Positions 38,253-48,418 of a stretch of DNA of 64,000 nucleotides are shown here, in pieces. The stretch is from a virus. Location of the stretch: IMG/VR virus record IMGVR_UViG_3300042878_001497, positions 64,001 to 128,000 of that record. One strand, written 5' to 3'. The translations under genes and the position numbers were made by a program. Below the pieces are notes generated by a model that was not told the origin of the DNA, made no database searches, and worked only from the letters and a program-made list of their open reading frames with translations. The stretch's first letter is position 1. Each line of letters begins with the position of its first letter.

Positions 38253-39132
38253 CAACAACTTAAACTACCTTAAGCTAGCAGTTGCTTCTGTAAGAAAGAA
38301 TGCATACTATAAGGATCAACCTATTATTGTACATGCTGAAAATTGCACAGACGGTACAGACGAATGGTTGAAAGCTCAAGCAGGTGAGGTAGGTATTGAG
38401 TACTACATAGATCACAACACCAAACCTAAAGGTATTGGCGGTGGGATGAACTTCTGTGTAGACAAAGCTCAAACTGAATTCGTAAATATTATCCACTCAG
38501 ATATGTGGATCGGTCCTAATCAAGACCTAGAGTTATTAAAGCTATTTGAAAATAATAACAGCAGGCTGATCGCATCTTCGTTTAGAATTCAACCTAAAAT
38601 CTTCCCAGCTGATCCGGACTACAGACCCGGTACAGTTTTCTTCCCATCAGAAGTTTTTGGGGAGTACCATTACAACTTTAATACAGAGTTATTCGATCAG
38701 TTTGCCTCAGAGTTCTCCGAACTTAACAAAGGTACGGAAGTTCGAAAAGGAGGAGGAGCTGGCTTCTTCTGCCGCAAAGAAGACTTTACCCACATAGGAG
38801 GAAACGATCCTCTCTTTGCTCCCTCTAGTTGGGAGGATATGGACCTGTTTGTAAGAATGCAGCTAGAAGGCTTTGAATTCAGAATGGTAGCTACTTCGGT
38901 ACTATACCATTTTTCTGCTAGAGGAAGTCACTTTAAGGACGATAACCTAGCAGTTAAATCAGATAGACAGCAGCTAGCAGAGCAAGCAAACATCAACAAA
39001 TTTAACAGCAAGTGGGGCCGTCTTCCTGATCACGATGAACAGACATTTGTTAAACCTATTTATAATAGTGGAGTAAATCCTGTTATGTCTTTTACAGAAA
39101 ATCTAAAATATTTTGAAGGTTATGAAAGGTGA
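38227..39132 (+). CDS. GT2 glycosyltransferase
   Basis: CTDGT, HSDM, GGND..WEDMD. Confidence 0.88.
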   Translation: MITTCISTNNNLNYLKLAVASVRKNAYYKDQPIIVHAENCTDGTDEWLKAQAGEVGIEYYIDHNTKPKGIGGGMNFCVDKAQTEFVNIIHSDMWIGPNQDLELLKLFENNNSRLIASSFRIQPKIFPADPDYRPGTVFFPSEVFGEYHYNFNTELFDQFASEFSELNKGTEVRKGGGAGFFCRKEDFTHIGGNDPLFAPSSWEDMDLFVRMQLEGFEFRMVATSVLYHFSARGSHFKDDNLAVKSDRQQLAEQANINKFNSKWGRLPDHDEQTFVKPIYNSGVNPVMSFTENLKYFEGYER

Positions 39133-40051
39133 AAAAATTTTTATCACCGGCGGAGCAGGGTACCTGGGCCGAAATCTTGTCGAGAGGTATTACACTGATA
39201 ATGAAATAACAGTGTACTCTAGAGACGAAGCAAAGCACTACTACCTTAAAAAAGAGTTCCCAAACATTAATTGCGTCGTAGGAGACGTTCGCAACTACGA
39301 CTTGCTTAGAAGAGCTTCCGCCGGACATACTATTGGGATTTTTGCTGCATCTTTAAAACAGATTGAAGCTGTAGATCAGAATGTAGAAGAAGGAGTACGA
39401 GTGATTGTAGATGGAGCTATTAATTCTAGAAGAGTAGCAGAAGAGAATAACTTTAAAGCAGCTTGCTTTATCTCTTCAGATAAATCTAGAGCAGCTACAA
39501 CCCTGTACGGTGCTATGAAGTTTGTAGCAGGAGAAGCTTTTATTGTAAACGCAGAGAAGTCTAACGTTAAGCTTTCAACTGCTATCTATGGTAACGTACT
39601 AAACTCAACCGGTTCGATTATTCCTTTGATGTGGGATGCAATTAAGAAAGGTTATAAACTTACTCTGTACTCTCCTGAGATGACTCGCTTTATGATCGAT
39701 ATCGAGCAAGCTATCGACCTTATAGAAGCAGGACTACAGGAAACTGGTTATAATGTTATACCTAATTTAAAGGCTTTTAAGGTAAGAGATCTATTTGAAA
39801 TTTATGCTGAAAAGTTTGGATTAGAATATAAACTCGGCACACCACGCATCTCAGAGAAGCTACATGAAATGATGGTATCTAAGGAGGAAAGACCTCGTAC
39901 GTTCTACAACAAGGACAACGATACTTACTACATGCACTACAAAGACATCTCAGACAGACAAGTAAGCTGGGAAGAATTTACAAGCGATCAAGTAGCAGTA
40001 AGTAAGCAGGAACTTGAAGATATTCTACAACACTATAATTACTTTCAATGA
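39122..40051 (+). CDS. UDP-sugar 4,6-dehydratase (CapD/PseB/FnlA-like)
   Basis: TGGAGYLG, SRDEAK, SSDK, YGAMK, YGNVLNSTGS, EKLHE. Confidence 0.88.
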   Translation: MKGEKIFITGGAGYLGRNLVERYYTDNEITVYSRDEAKHYYLKKEFPNINCVVGDVRNYDLLRRASAGHTIGIFAASLKQIEAVDQNVEEGVRVIVDGAINSRRVAEENNFKAACFISSDKSRAATTLYGAMKFVAGEAFIVNAEKSNVKLSTAIYGNVLNSTGSIIPLMWDAIKKGYKLTLYSPEMTRFMIDIEQAIDLIEAGLQETGYNVIPNLKAFKVRDLFEIYAEKFGLEYKLGTPRISEKLHEMMVSKEERPRTFYNKDNDTYYMHYKDISDRQVSWEEFTSDQVAVSKQELEDILQHYNYFQ

Positions 40052-40767
40052 ACGTTTTAGTGCTAGGGCATAAAGGCATGCTTGGACATATGGTTTCCGA
40101 GTACCTCTCTAATAATGGAGTTACAGTTACTGTTACTCCTTTCCGCTACTTAACTCCTGATTTTGCTGATGCAGTAACTTCCTTTAAAGGAGAGTATATT
40201 ATTAACTGTATTGGAGCTATTCCTCAACGGACTAAAGACTTTTCTATCAACGAAGATCTTCCTACCTGGTTAGATATTCTAGCAAATACTAGAGTTATAC
40301 ACCCTGGAACTGATTGTGAAGTAGACGAAGATGTTTACGGCGTATCTAAAAGAAAAGCTAGAGACTTTATTATTGAAAAAGGAACACGTACTAAGATACT
40401 CAAAACATCTATCATAGGACCTGAATTAGACTCTAAAGTTAGTTTACTTGAATGGTTTTTAAATAGCGAGAACTCAGTAGGAGGCTACACCAAAGCTATG
40501 TGGAGCGGCATTACAACTTTAGAATGGGCTAAACAATGTTATAAACTAATGCAGGATTGGGATAGCTACAAAGTAGAAAATACTATTGAAAGTACTTGCC
40601 TCTCTAAATTTGATTTACTATCTTTGATTAAAGAAGTATTTAGTAAAGATATTGAAATCGTACCAAACTCTTCAGTAGAAGTAAATAAATGCCTCGTAGG
40701 AGAGATAAAAACAAAATCAATTAAAGAGCAGCTCATTGAGCTAAAAGAATACTATTATGATAGTTGA
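40048..40767 (+). CDS. RmlD-like NDP-4-keto-sugar reductase
   Basis: GHKGMLG, INCIG, TDC, YGVSK, TSIIGPE. Confidence 0.85.
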   Translation: MNVLVLGHKGMLGHMVSEYLSNNGVTVTVTPFRYLTPDFADAVTSFKGEYIINCIGAIPQRTKDFSINEDLPTWLDILANTRVIHPGTDCEVDEDVYGVSKRKARDFIIEKGTRTKILKTSIIGPELDSKVSLLEWFLNSENSVGGYTKAMWSGITTLEWAKQCYKLMQDWDSYKVENTIESTCLSKFDLLSLIKEVFSKDIEIVPNSSVEVNKCLVGEIKTKSIKEQLIELKEYYYDS

Positions 40768-41689
40768 CCTAAACCCAGAGTTTGGCTATGAACTTGTATG
40801 TGCAGCTCCTTATGCGTACTGGCTTAAAGAGCAAGGAGAGTATGTTAAGGTAATAACAAGCAAAGGAATGAAACCTTTCTACTGGTTTTGTGACGAAGTA
40901 GAAGAGAAGTATACAACTAGGTCTGTAGATAATTCCTCTAACGGAGTACAGAATCTACCTAACAGCTGGATACATCATAATGCTCTAGCTATTTTCGGGA
41001 AAGACTATAGCCTACTTACTGAAGAAGAACAGAAGCAAGCCAACGGATGGTTAGATTACTCTCAATGGGTAGCACCTCCTTATGCTGAGAAGTATTACAA
41101 GAAAGATACACCTGCTTTGAGTAACTATGTTATTATCTCAAATAGGTTTAACTTAGAACACGGGCAGACACCTATTGGGTACTTTGATATAGAGAGTCTG
41201 TATATAATGTTTAATCTTTTAACTGAGAAAGGTTATAACATTATCTATAAACGACCTCGTAATACAGAGTTTGCTACCGATCCTAATGAGCTACAGAATA
41301 GAGATATCTTAGCTAATGTAGAAGGTCAAGGAGTAATTACTGATTATCAGCTTACTGAATACTTTGAAAATGTATACCTATTCGATGATATTGTTAACCA
41401 GGTAGGAGGTACATACAATGAAGCTCAGTTAGCAATATACTCTAGTGCCGAAGGATTTATATCTATGGGTGGAGGCTCAAGCATACTTTGCAGCTACTTT
41501 AACAAACCTGTTATTATTTACGTTAACACTTCTAAAGATATTAGACCGGGTTATTTTGAAGGAGAATCTTACTTCAATAAATTATCTAAAGCAAAGGTAG
41601 TACCTGTAGTTGATACCTTAGACGAAATAGTTAAGAGAGGTTATCGAGATTACTCTAAGGTATTTGAATCTATTAAAGAAGTATTGTAA
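40757..41689 (+). CDS. GT-B (GT9-like) glycosyltransferase-like protein
   Basis: EFGYEL, FISMGGGSS; island context. Confidence 0.55.
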   Translation: MIVDLNPEFGYELVCAAPYAYWLKEQGEYVKVITSKGMKPFYWFCDEVEEKYTTRSVDNSSNGVQNLPNSWIHHNALAIFGKDYSLLTEEEQKQANGWLDYSQWVAPPYAEKYYKKDTPALSNYVIISNRFNLEHGQTPIGYFDIESLYIMFNLLTEKGYNIIYKRPRNTEFATDPNELQNRDILANVEGQGVITDYQLTEYFENVYLFDDIVNQVGGTYNEAQLAIYSSAEGFISMGGGSSILCSYFNKPVIIYVNTSKDIRPGYFEGESYFNKLSKAKVVPVVDTLDEIVKRGYRDYSKVFESIKEVL

Positions 41690-42528
41690 TGAAAGTTTTA
41701 GTAACAGGAGGAGCAGGATTTGTTGGTACAAATTTAATCAAGAGACTTCTTGAAGAAGGTCATGAAGTAGTTTCTATTGATAATTACAGCACTGGCCTGG
41801 AGAGCAATCACCAAGACGGAGCAGAGTACCTGAACTATGATATCAGAAATATCACCAGCTACGATTGGATCAAGCCTGAGTTTGTTTTCCATATGGCTGC
41901 CATTGCTCGTATTCAACCTTCATTTGAAAAGCCTCAAGACTATTTTGAAGTTAATGCACTAGGTACAATGAGGTTAGTAGATTGGTGTGCTAAATCAGGA
42001 GTACCCGTTGTGTATGCAGGTTCATCTTCTAAGCATAGTGGAAGGTACAAAAATCCTTACACTTTTTCAAAAGATTTAGGAGAAGATATAATCAAACTAT
42101 ACCAGCAACACTACCAACTAAAAGCTTCAATTGCGAGGTTTTACAACGTTTACGGACCTAATCAATTAACAGAAGGAGGTTATACAACTTTAATTGGTAG
42201 ATGGATTAATAGTTGGTACAAGCAAGAGAAGTTCGTAATTTATGGCGATGGAGAACAACGCAGAGACTTCACACACGTCGATGATATTGTTGATGCTCTA
42301 ACACTAGTTATGTACAAGCAGACTTACGGATACGAATTTGAGCTGGGAAGAGGTAAAAATTACTCTGTAAACGAAGTACTACAAATGTTCCAACAGACTG
42401 CCGAGTATTTCCCAGCACGCCCAGGCGAAGCCTTAACTACCCTGAATACAGATAATACTGCTAGAGAAGTTCTAGGATGGAAACCTACCCGCAACCTTAC
42501 AGATTACCTAAAAGAAGTTATTAAATGA
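41689..42528 (+). CDS. NAD-dependent nucleotide-sugar epimerase/dehydratase
   Basis: TGGAGFVG, YTFSK, RFYNVYG, RDFTHVDD. Confidence 0.92.
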   Translation: MKVLVTGGAGFVGTNLIKRLLEEGHEVVSIDNYSTGLESNHQDGAEYLNYDIRNITSYDWIKPEFVFHMAAIARIQPSFEKPQDYFEVNALGTMRLVDWCAKSGVPVVYAGSSSKHSGRYKNPYTFSKDLGEDIIKLYQQHYQLKASIARFYNVYGPNQLTEGGYTTLIGRWINSWYKQEKFVIYGDGEQRRDFTHVDDIVDALTLVMYKQTYGYEFELGRGKNYSVNEVLQMFQQTAEYFPARPGEALTTLNTDNTAREVLGWKPTRNLTDYLKEVIK

Positions 42529-43703
42529 AAATTAGCTTAATACAGCCAAGCCGTAATAATCTTAAGTACCTTAAGTGGTCTTATGAATCAATTAGAAAAA
42601 ATCAAGGAGAGCACGAGATTGAAATTTGTGTAGCTGACGATGCTAGTACAGACGGAACGTGGGCATGGTGTGTAGAGACGGAGAAAAAAGATCCTAACTT
42701 TAAATGGATTCGTAACCAAGGTCCGGAAAGATTAGGGCATACTATTTTATACGACCGTTTAATTAATAATGTAGCAACTGCAGATGTAGCGATGATCTAC
42801 CATGCTGATATGTACTTATGTCCAGGTGCTATTTCTGCTATTGAGAAACATATTAAGCCAGGTGTAATTGTATCTCTAACTCGAATTGAGCCACCACTAC
42901 ACCCTCCAGGACCAGAAAAGGTTTTAGCTAACTTTGGTACTGAGCCTGAAGAGTTTAACGAAGAGGCTTTCTTAAACTGGTATAGTAAGCTAGAGGTGCA
43001 GCAAGCTACAGAAGGTGTTTTTGCTCCCTGGGCTTTCTACCGCAAAGACTTCCAGAAGATTGGAGGACACGACCCTTTATATGCTCCGCAATCAAAAGAA
43101 GACTCCGATATTTTTAACCGCTTTCACCTAGACGGAGTTAAATTTGTGCAGACTTGGGAAGGACACGTATACCATATGACCTGCAGAGGGTCTAGGTTTA
43201 ATCCTACCTTGACAACTCCAGGTAAAAATAGTAGCGAGTGGGAAGCTCAAAATATGAGATCTACTCGTAATTTTATTCGGAAGTGGGGACATTTTGTAAA
43301 ACATGATAGTATGATGAAACCAATTGTATCTCCTAAGTACGACATTGGTATTAAAGTCACAAATTGTACCAGTGAATTATTAGAGCTTCTTGAACCCTGG
43401 TGTTCAACAATTCTGATCGATGATGAGATGCAGGTACTAACTACTCACTACTTGGATAAAGAACAGCATAACACTCAATATAATCTTGCAGAGAAAATCA
43501 AAACAACTCCGTTCGATACCTTACAAAATGAAATCATACTAACTGTGGATAAAAATACTTTTACTGAATATGACTTTCAAGTACTGCAACAGTTACCGGA
43601 GATTATCCAAATGAATGGAAACCCAGGTACATATACCGTAAGTAGTATGTCTTTAGAAATTAGTAAGATGAACGAATATCAGAATAGTTTAATTAACTTA
43701 TAG
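42525..43703 (+). CDS. GT2 glycosyltransferase
   Basis: DDASTDGT, HADM, SKEDSD. Confidence 0.9.
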   Translation: MKISLIQPSRNNLKYLKWSYESIRKNQGEHEIEICVADDASTDGTWAWCVETEKKDPNFKWIRNQGPERLGHTILYDRLINNVATADVAMIYHADMYLCPGAISAIEKHIKPGVIVSLTRIEPPLHPPGPEKVLANFGTEPEEFNEEAFLNWYSKLEVQQATEGVFAPWAFYRKDFQKIGGHDPLYAPQSKEDSDIFNRFHLDGVKFVQTWEGHVYHMTCRGSRFNPTLTTPGKNSSEWEAQNMRSTRNFIRKWGHFVKHDSMMKPIVSPKYDIGIKVTNCTSELLELLEPWCSTILIDDEMQVLTTHYLDKEQHNTQYNLAEKIKTTPFDTLQNEIILTVDKNTFTEYDFQVLQQLPEIIQMNGNPGTYTVSSMSLEISKMNEYQNSLINL

Positions 43704-43862
43704 ACAAATGGGCAAGATTCATTTGCAAGATCTAGACCGCTACCAGGAAGAAGCACGTCCTTACCAGCCGATCAAGACAAATAAGAAGAAAAAAGTAGGT
43801 CCTATTTATAAAAAGGACGACGATCAGTTGGATCGAAACTAACTTCTTCTTATATTTAAAGC

Positions 43863-44204
43863 ATGAAAGAGCTACTCTTAAAAGAAATCCAAAACGTAAT
43901 TGCTGAAGCCACTAAAGTAAACTTTAAGGGTAAGCAGTTTGTACTTAAGGTGGGTGTTAACGAAGATCCAAACAAAAAAGGAATCAAAGTACAATTCATT
44001 CCTGCTGATATGTCTCCTATCAATCCTACCGAGCAGAATGAAATTGCAATGGCATTAGCTGAAAAGCTTGATACAGGTCTTAAGCAGTACGGTATGCAAG
44101 TAGAGAGAGACAGAGAGCTTAAAGACAAATCAATCGTAGGCTTCTTCATCTACATCGAATATGTAGATAAAATTATCCGTCAAGCATTAGGAACTGGAGC
44201 TTAA
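43863..44204 (+). CDS. Hypothetical protein
   Basis: ORF after TATTTATA (43803) and the promoter at 43827-43859. Confidence 0.75.
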   Translation: MKELLLKEIQNVIAEATKVNFKGKQFVLKVGVNEDPNKKGIKVQFIPADMSPINPTEQNEIAMALAEKLDTGLKQYGMQVERDRELKDKSIVGFFIYIEYVDKIIRQALGTGA

Positions 44205-44370
44205 CCTAACTTACTTTTATGAAAAGATTCTCTTTCTACAGTCGAACAGATAGTAGCCAGGAGGCTATTGGATCTACTTTTACATTTAACCGCCTTGCTG
44301 CTGCTAGGTACTTTGCAGAAAGAAAACATTTACCGCTTAAGAGCTTCTTAAGCCTATTTAAAGTCACTAG

Positions 44371-44775
44371 ATGAATCCTAAGGAAATACTTAGACGAATA
44401 CTAAAAGAACAGTTACCTTTGAAGTACCGAATAAAAGAGGTACCTCGAAATAAAGAAGCTATGCATAAAGAATTATTTATAGAAATACTTAAGCTGTTAA
44501 AAGAAATCGACGATCGAACAGACTTTGTAGCTTCCGAAATTGGAATGGATATTGCAGCTTACGAAGATAAGTTCTTTAGAGTTATCCACAACTTAATGAG
44601 AATGACCTTTAACAGGGAACAAGTTTTTCTAATCGAGCTGTACTTGAATGAAATCGACTACAACGAAAAAGAAGAATGGGATGGATGCATCTCAGTAACT
44701 GTTGGTAAAAAAGAGCAGAAGATTGCATTCCGCACCCCAGAAGATGTTTGGGAAGCTATTCAGAAATTTAAATAA
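44371..44775 (+). CDS. Hypothetical protein
   Basis: ORF track. Confidence 0.7.
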   Translation: MNPKEILRRILKEQLPLKYRIKEVPRNKEAMHKELFIEILKLLKEIDDRTDFVASEIGMDIAAYEDKFFRVIHNLMRMTFNREQVFLIELYLNEIDYNEKEEWDGCISVTVGKKEQKIAFRTPEDVWEAIQKFK

Positions 44776-44826
44776 AAGTTGGATCCTAACCAACTTCTTG
44801 CTATCTTTAGGTAAATAAATAAAAAC

Positions 44827-45219
44827 ATGGATAAAAGGTTCTGTACTGTGTGTGGGGATGAGATTAATCCCTTGCGTGTTAAGGCTCTGCCTGAAACTAA
44901 GACTTGTATTAATCACTCTACTGTAGGAGCGAAACGAGGTCGTATTCTCACTTTAGGAGAAGGAGATCATACTTACAATGAGATTGAAATTCTTGACGAA
45001 GAAACCTACCGCAAGGTAGTAGCTATAGAGTTAGGTGTGGATCGTCTAGCAGAAGAGATGCCTGAGATTCAAAACTACGATCAAACTCTGGTTGCTGATG
45101 ATACTCGTGCATTGAAAGAGAAAGCAGAGAAGTTTTTGGATGATGAAGAAGATGTAAAACTTCTAGAAGATCCAGATGAAGTAATTGAAGACTCAGAAGA
45201 AGAAGAGGAGGAAGAATAG
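44827..45219 (+). CDS. DksA/TraR-type zinc-finger protein with acidic tail
   Basis: CTVCGDEINPLRVKALPETKTCINH. Confidence 0.75.
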   Translation: MDKRFCTVCGDEINPLRVKALPETKTCINHSTVGAKRGRILTLGEGDHTYNEIEILDEETYRKVVAIELGVDRLAEEMPEIQNYDQTLVADDTRALKEKAEKFLDDEEDVKLLEDPDEVIEDSEEEEEEE

Positions 45220-45866
45220 TGGAGGAAAGAAAGAGAGGGAGACCGAGTAAGATACTCCTCAGAGAGGATATCGAGCGTGCAATCCGGATGACTAAATCCA
45301 ATAAGGCTGCCGCTCGATACCTTCACTGCTCCTTTCCTCATTACAAAAAGTACGCCAACCTCTTCAAGGCAGAAGATGGAAGGACGCTTTTTGAGACACA
45401 TCTCAATCAAGCCGGTAAAGGAGTTCCCAAGTTTCTAACAGGAAGAGCTAAACAAGCTCCTTTGAAAGAGATCTTAGACGGAACGTTCCCAGTAGAACAT
45501 TTTAAGCCAGCTAAGATCAAGGCAGCTCTAATTTCAGAAGGGTACCTAGCCGAGCAGTGTAATAGATGTGACTTTGGAGAAGCTAGATTGCTTGACGGTA
45601 AAGTACCTCTCATTCTTACTTTCAAAGATAAGAATAAACATAACTACCATCGAGATAACATCGAGCTACTTTGTTATAACTGCTCCTTTCTCTATGCTGC
45701 TTCTCCTATTTCCGATGATCAGGTAGAACAGATGGAGGATTATGTAGAGCTGCAAGTAAAAGACTATGATTGGGAGATCGATCAAGCACATATCGATCAC
45801 CTAAAGGAGTTAGGACTGTGGGAAGATAATAAAAAACCTGGTGAGGAATTTATATCTCGGCAATGA
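45219..45866 (+). CDS. HTH plus HNH endonuclease-like protein
   Basis: CNRC...FKDKNKHNYHRDNIELLCYNC. Confidence 0.75.
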   Translation: MEERKRGRPSKILLREDIERAIRMTKSNKAAARYLHCSFPHYKKYANLFKAEDGRTLFETHLNQAGKGVPKFLTGRAKQAPLKEILDGTFPVEHFKPAKIKAALISEGYLAEQCNRCDFGEARLLDGKVPLILTFKDKNKHNYHRDNIELLCYNCSFLYAASPISDDQVEQMEDYVELQVKDYDWEIDQAHIDHLKELGLWEDNKKPGEEFISRQ

Positions 45867-46084
45867 AAGTACCTAAGAAGCGACAAAGACCTCAGCTAGA
45901 TTCAGAGAAGAATAAACAGTTCCTACTAAAGAAGCACGCTGATAAACTTCTTGAACAGGACCAAAAAAATAAAAAGCTGTCGGAAAAGTTGCTCAATCGA
46001 GACATCTTTACTATCTTTAGTGAAGAAGAAACAAATAAAGGTTATGAGCGAGAAGAGAGGACAGACGGAGAAGATCAGATTTGA
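45863..46084 (+). CDS. Hypothetical protein
   Basis: ATGA-coupled ORF. Confidence 0.5.
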   Translation: MKVPKKRQRPQLDSEKNKQFLLKKHADKLLEQDQKNKKLSEKLLNRDIFTIFSEEETNKGYEREERTDGEDQI

Positions 46085-46319
46085 CTTCAATACCGCAGGT
46101 GTATTAGAGATTCAACTTCATAACGAAACCTGGTACCGAGTTACTGCTGCTACTTTCCGTGCTTACGACGGACCTCGCCGCATTACCGAGCCTCAGTTTA
46201 CTGAACGAGGTAACCCCTGGGTACCTATGCATACCTATGTATACGAAGGACCGGTATATTACTACGGCTCTAATAAGCAAGCTACCAAGCAGAATAACTA
46301 TACTACCCGACAGCTATGA
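46044..46319 (+). CDS. Hypothetical protein
   Basis: Promoter 45988-46020 and AAAGGTTATG leader define the start. Confidence 0.7.
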   Translation: MSEKRGQTEKIRFDFNTAGVLEIQLHNETWYRVTAATFRAYDGPRRITEPQFTERGNPWVPMHTYVYEGPVYYYGSNKQATKQNNYTTRQL

Positions 46320-46624
46320 AACAATTTGTATTTGAATCTCCGCAAGAGTTTGATGCTTTCTTTACCGGAGAGAATCTCAAAGTAACAGAAGCAATCACTG
46401 AGGGTATTCGACTGGCTGTGCAAGCTAAGAAGAGGCATGCCGACCTATTTGAAGTTAGCTTTGAAGGAGGAGATACTGCATTTGATATCAGCCTTCCGTC
46501 TATGGAGTGGCCTCAAGCATTATCTAAATGCCTGGAGATCTATGAGCAGAAAGAGATGTACGATGATGCAATCGATACCTATCAGTTAATCAAACAGATT
46601 TCAGATGCAAGAGATCTTATCTAA
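46316..46624 (+). CDS. Hypothetical protein with UVR-like C-terminus
   Basis: ATGA coupling; EMYDDAI...IK. Confidence 0.7.
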   Translation: MKQFVFESPQEFDAFFTGENLKVTEAITEGIRLAVQAKKRHADLFEVSFEGGDTAFDISLPSMEWPQALSKCLEIYEQKEMYDDAIDTYQLIKQISDARDLI

Positions 46625-46838
46625 GACTCACTCAGACGGAACTACCATTAGGTACTTTATGTCTGAAAATGGAAGGGTTATAACATCTGAAACCTCTTAC
46701 AGTAAGGGTCATAAGAGTCTCTATGAAGAGTTAGAAGAGAAGAATAAAGGACTACCTAAGACCAAACACCAGTACATGACTGATGAAGGTAAGGTGGTAG
46801 GATATCTTACTGCAAAAAAGTTAGGAATTATTACTTAG
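46605..46838 (+). CDS. Hypothetical protein
   Basis: ORF track. Confidence 0.6.
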   Translation: MQEILSKTHSDGTTIRYFMSENGRVITSETSYSKGHKSLYEELEEKNKGLPKTKHQYMTDEGKVVGYLTAKKLGIIT

Positions 46839-46898
46839 AAGAGTTGGAACCAACGAAGTTAGTTCCTATCTTTAAGTATAATTAAAAACAAAATGGTT

Positions 46899-47720
46899 AT
46901 GATGATTTCAAACAGCAATGCAGACCGCGTAATGACAATCGAAGAGTTGAAGAAGGTAGTTCCTTTTGCCTTCATCGACAAGCCTACTCGACAGGTATCA
47001 GACAAGTACGTTCACGTACCTACTAGCCGAGTAATTGAAGACTTAACGACGATGGGATGGGAGCCAGTTCAAGCTGCTCAACGCCGAGGTCGTGCAGGTA
47101 AGACTTCTATCTTCTCTAAGCACATGATTAAGTTTCAGAACCCTAACCTCCTTATCAAAGGTGCAGAAGGTGATGATGTATTTCCTCAGATCATTCTGAC
47201 TAACTCTCACGATGGTACTCAATCATTCAAGTTTATGATGGGGCTGTATCGTCTGGTGTGCAGCAATGGATTGGTAGTAGCTGATGAGCAGTTTGCTAAC
47301 TTTAAGATCCGCCACATGGGTTACTCGTTTGAGGATCTGCAGAAGCTTATTGAGACTGCAGTGCAGGAGCTACCTAAGAAGGTTGAGGTTATCAACAAGA
47401 TGAAAGAGGTTGTGATGACGGAAGAGCAGCAGAAAGACTTTGCTTTGAAGGCTTACCTACTACGTCGTGGTATCGAACTAACCGATGAGGTTAAAGTAGA
47501 AGATGAGGTGTTGGAAGGTATTCTTTCTAGCCGCCGTAAGCAAGACGAAGGAAATGATTTGTGGTTGACTTTCAACCGAGTACAGGAAGCTATCACCCAA
47601 GGAGGCTTCAAAGGAGCATTGAATGGAGCTAAGGTACGCCAGGTACGTAAGATTCGTTCATTCGAGAAAGACTTGAAGATCAATCAAGACCTATTCGAAC
47701 TTGCTCTGCAGTATGCGTAA
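46899..47720 (+). CDS. DUF932/DUF945 family protein
   Basis: SDKYVHVPT, NSHDGT, GLYRLVCSNG, LWLTFNRVQE. Confidence 0.9.
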   Translation: MMISNSNADRVMTIEELKKVVPFAFIDKPTRQVSDKYVHVPTSRVIEDLTTMGWEPVQAAQRRGRAGKTSIFSKHMIKFQNPNLLIKGAEGDDVFPQIILTNSHDGTQSFKFMMGLYRLVCSNGLVVADEQFANFKIRHMGYSFEDLQKLIETAVQELPKKVEVINKMKEVVMTEEQQKDFALKAYLLRRGIELTDEVKVEDEVLEGILSSRRKQDEGNDLWLTFNRVQEAITQGGFKGALNGAKVRQVRKIRSFEKDLKINQDLFELALQYA

Positions 47721-47836
47721 GATCAGAGATAAGAAAGCTACCCCACCTGTCCGTTTCGAAAGAGACGGGCAGCTGTGGGAGGTAGTTCACAAGACTTCTC
47801 AAATGGCGTACGCTGTGAGGTTGTGTAAGAAAGGTT

Positions 47837-48313
47837 ATGCGTTCGGTGTTGTTGAAAGATTCTATGAGCATGTCTAAGATTAAAGCAATTATCGATCAGA
47901 AGTTTAAACTGGTAGGCACGATGGCTACCGGGATGAAGGGTGGTGAAGAAGGTAAGAGAGGTAGAAAGGTTAACCCAAGTAAAAGACTTATCTTTAACTT
48001 CAACCCAGACCTAGCCAAAGAAGAAGATGTAGTGTATATGATGTGCGATGGAGAAGAGATTCTTTACATCGGGTATACAGCTAACTCTCTACAGCAACGC
48101 TTTGAAGGATACGACAAAGGCCGCTTTGCAAAGATGGGCGGAACTAACAAGAAGATCTTTAAGAAGATGATTGAGAACGATCACATGCTTGAGATATATT
48201 CCACAAAGGGGGATAAATTATTCTGGCATGGTGTTATTCTCTCACTAAGCAGGAGCTTGGAATACGCTTTGATTAACAAATACAGTCCAAAGTGGAACAG
48301 CAGGGTCCGGTAA
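47837..48313 (+). CDS. GIY-YIG nuclease family protein
   Basis: VVY...LYIGYT..SLQQRF...LEYALI...PKWN; start may instead be 47864 or 47870. Confidence 0.8.
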   Translation: MRSVLLKDSMSMSKIKAIIDQKFKLVGTMATGMKGGEEGKRGRKVNPSKRLIFNFNPDLAKEEDVVYMMCDGEEILYIGYTANSLQQRFEGYDKGRFAKMGGTNKKIFKKMIENDHMLEIYSTKGDKLFWHGVILSLSRSLEYALINKYSPKWNSRVR

Positions 48314-48321
48314 GCAGGGAG

Positions 48322-48378
48322 GCCGAGGGGCGAGCAGGGGGCGTTTCCCTCTCTCGCACCGAAGGTGCCACGCGCATT
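48322..48378. repeat. GC-rich structured element, copy 2
   Basis: See 6488-6547. Confidence 0.8.
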
Positions 48379-48418
48379 CTCATCAAAAGCCCGCAGGGCT
48401 TGTAATCAAAACTTAACA

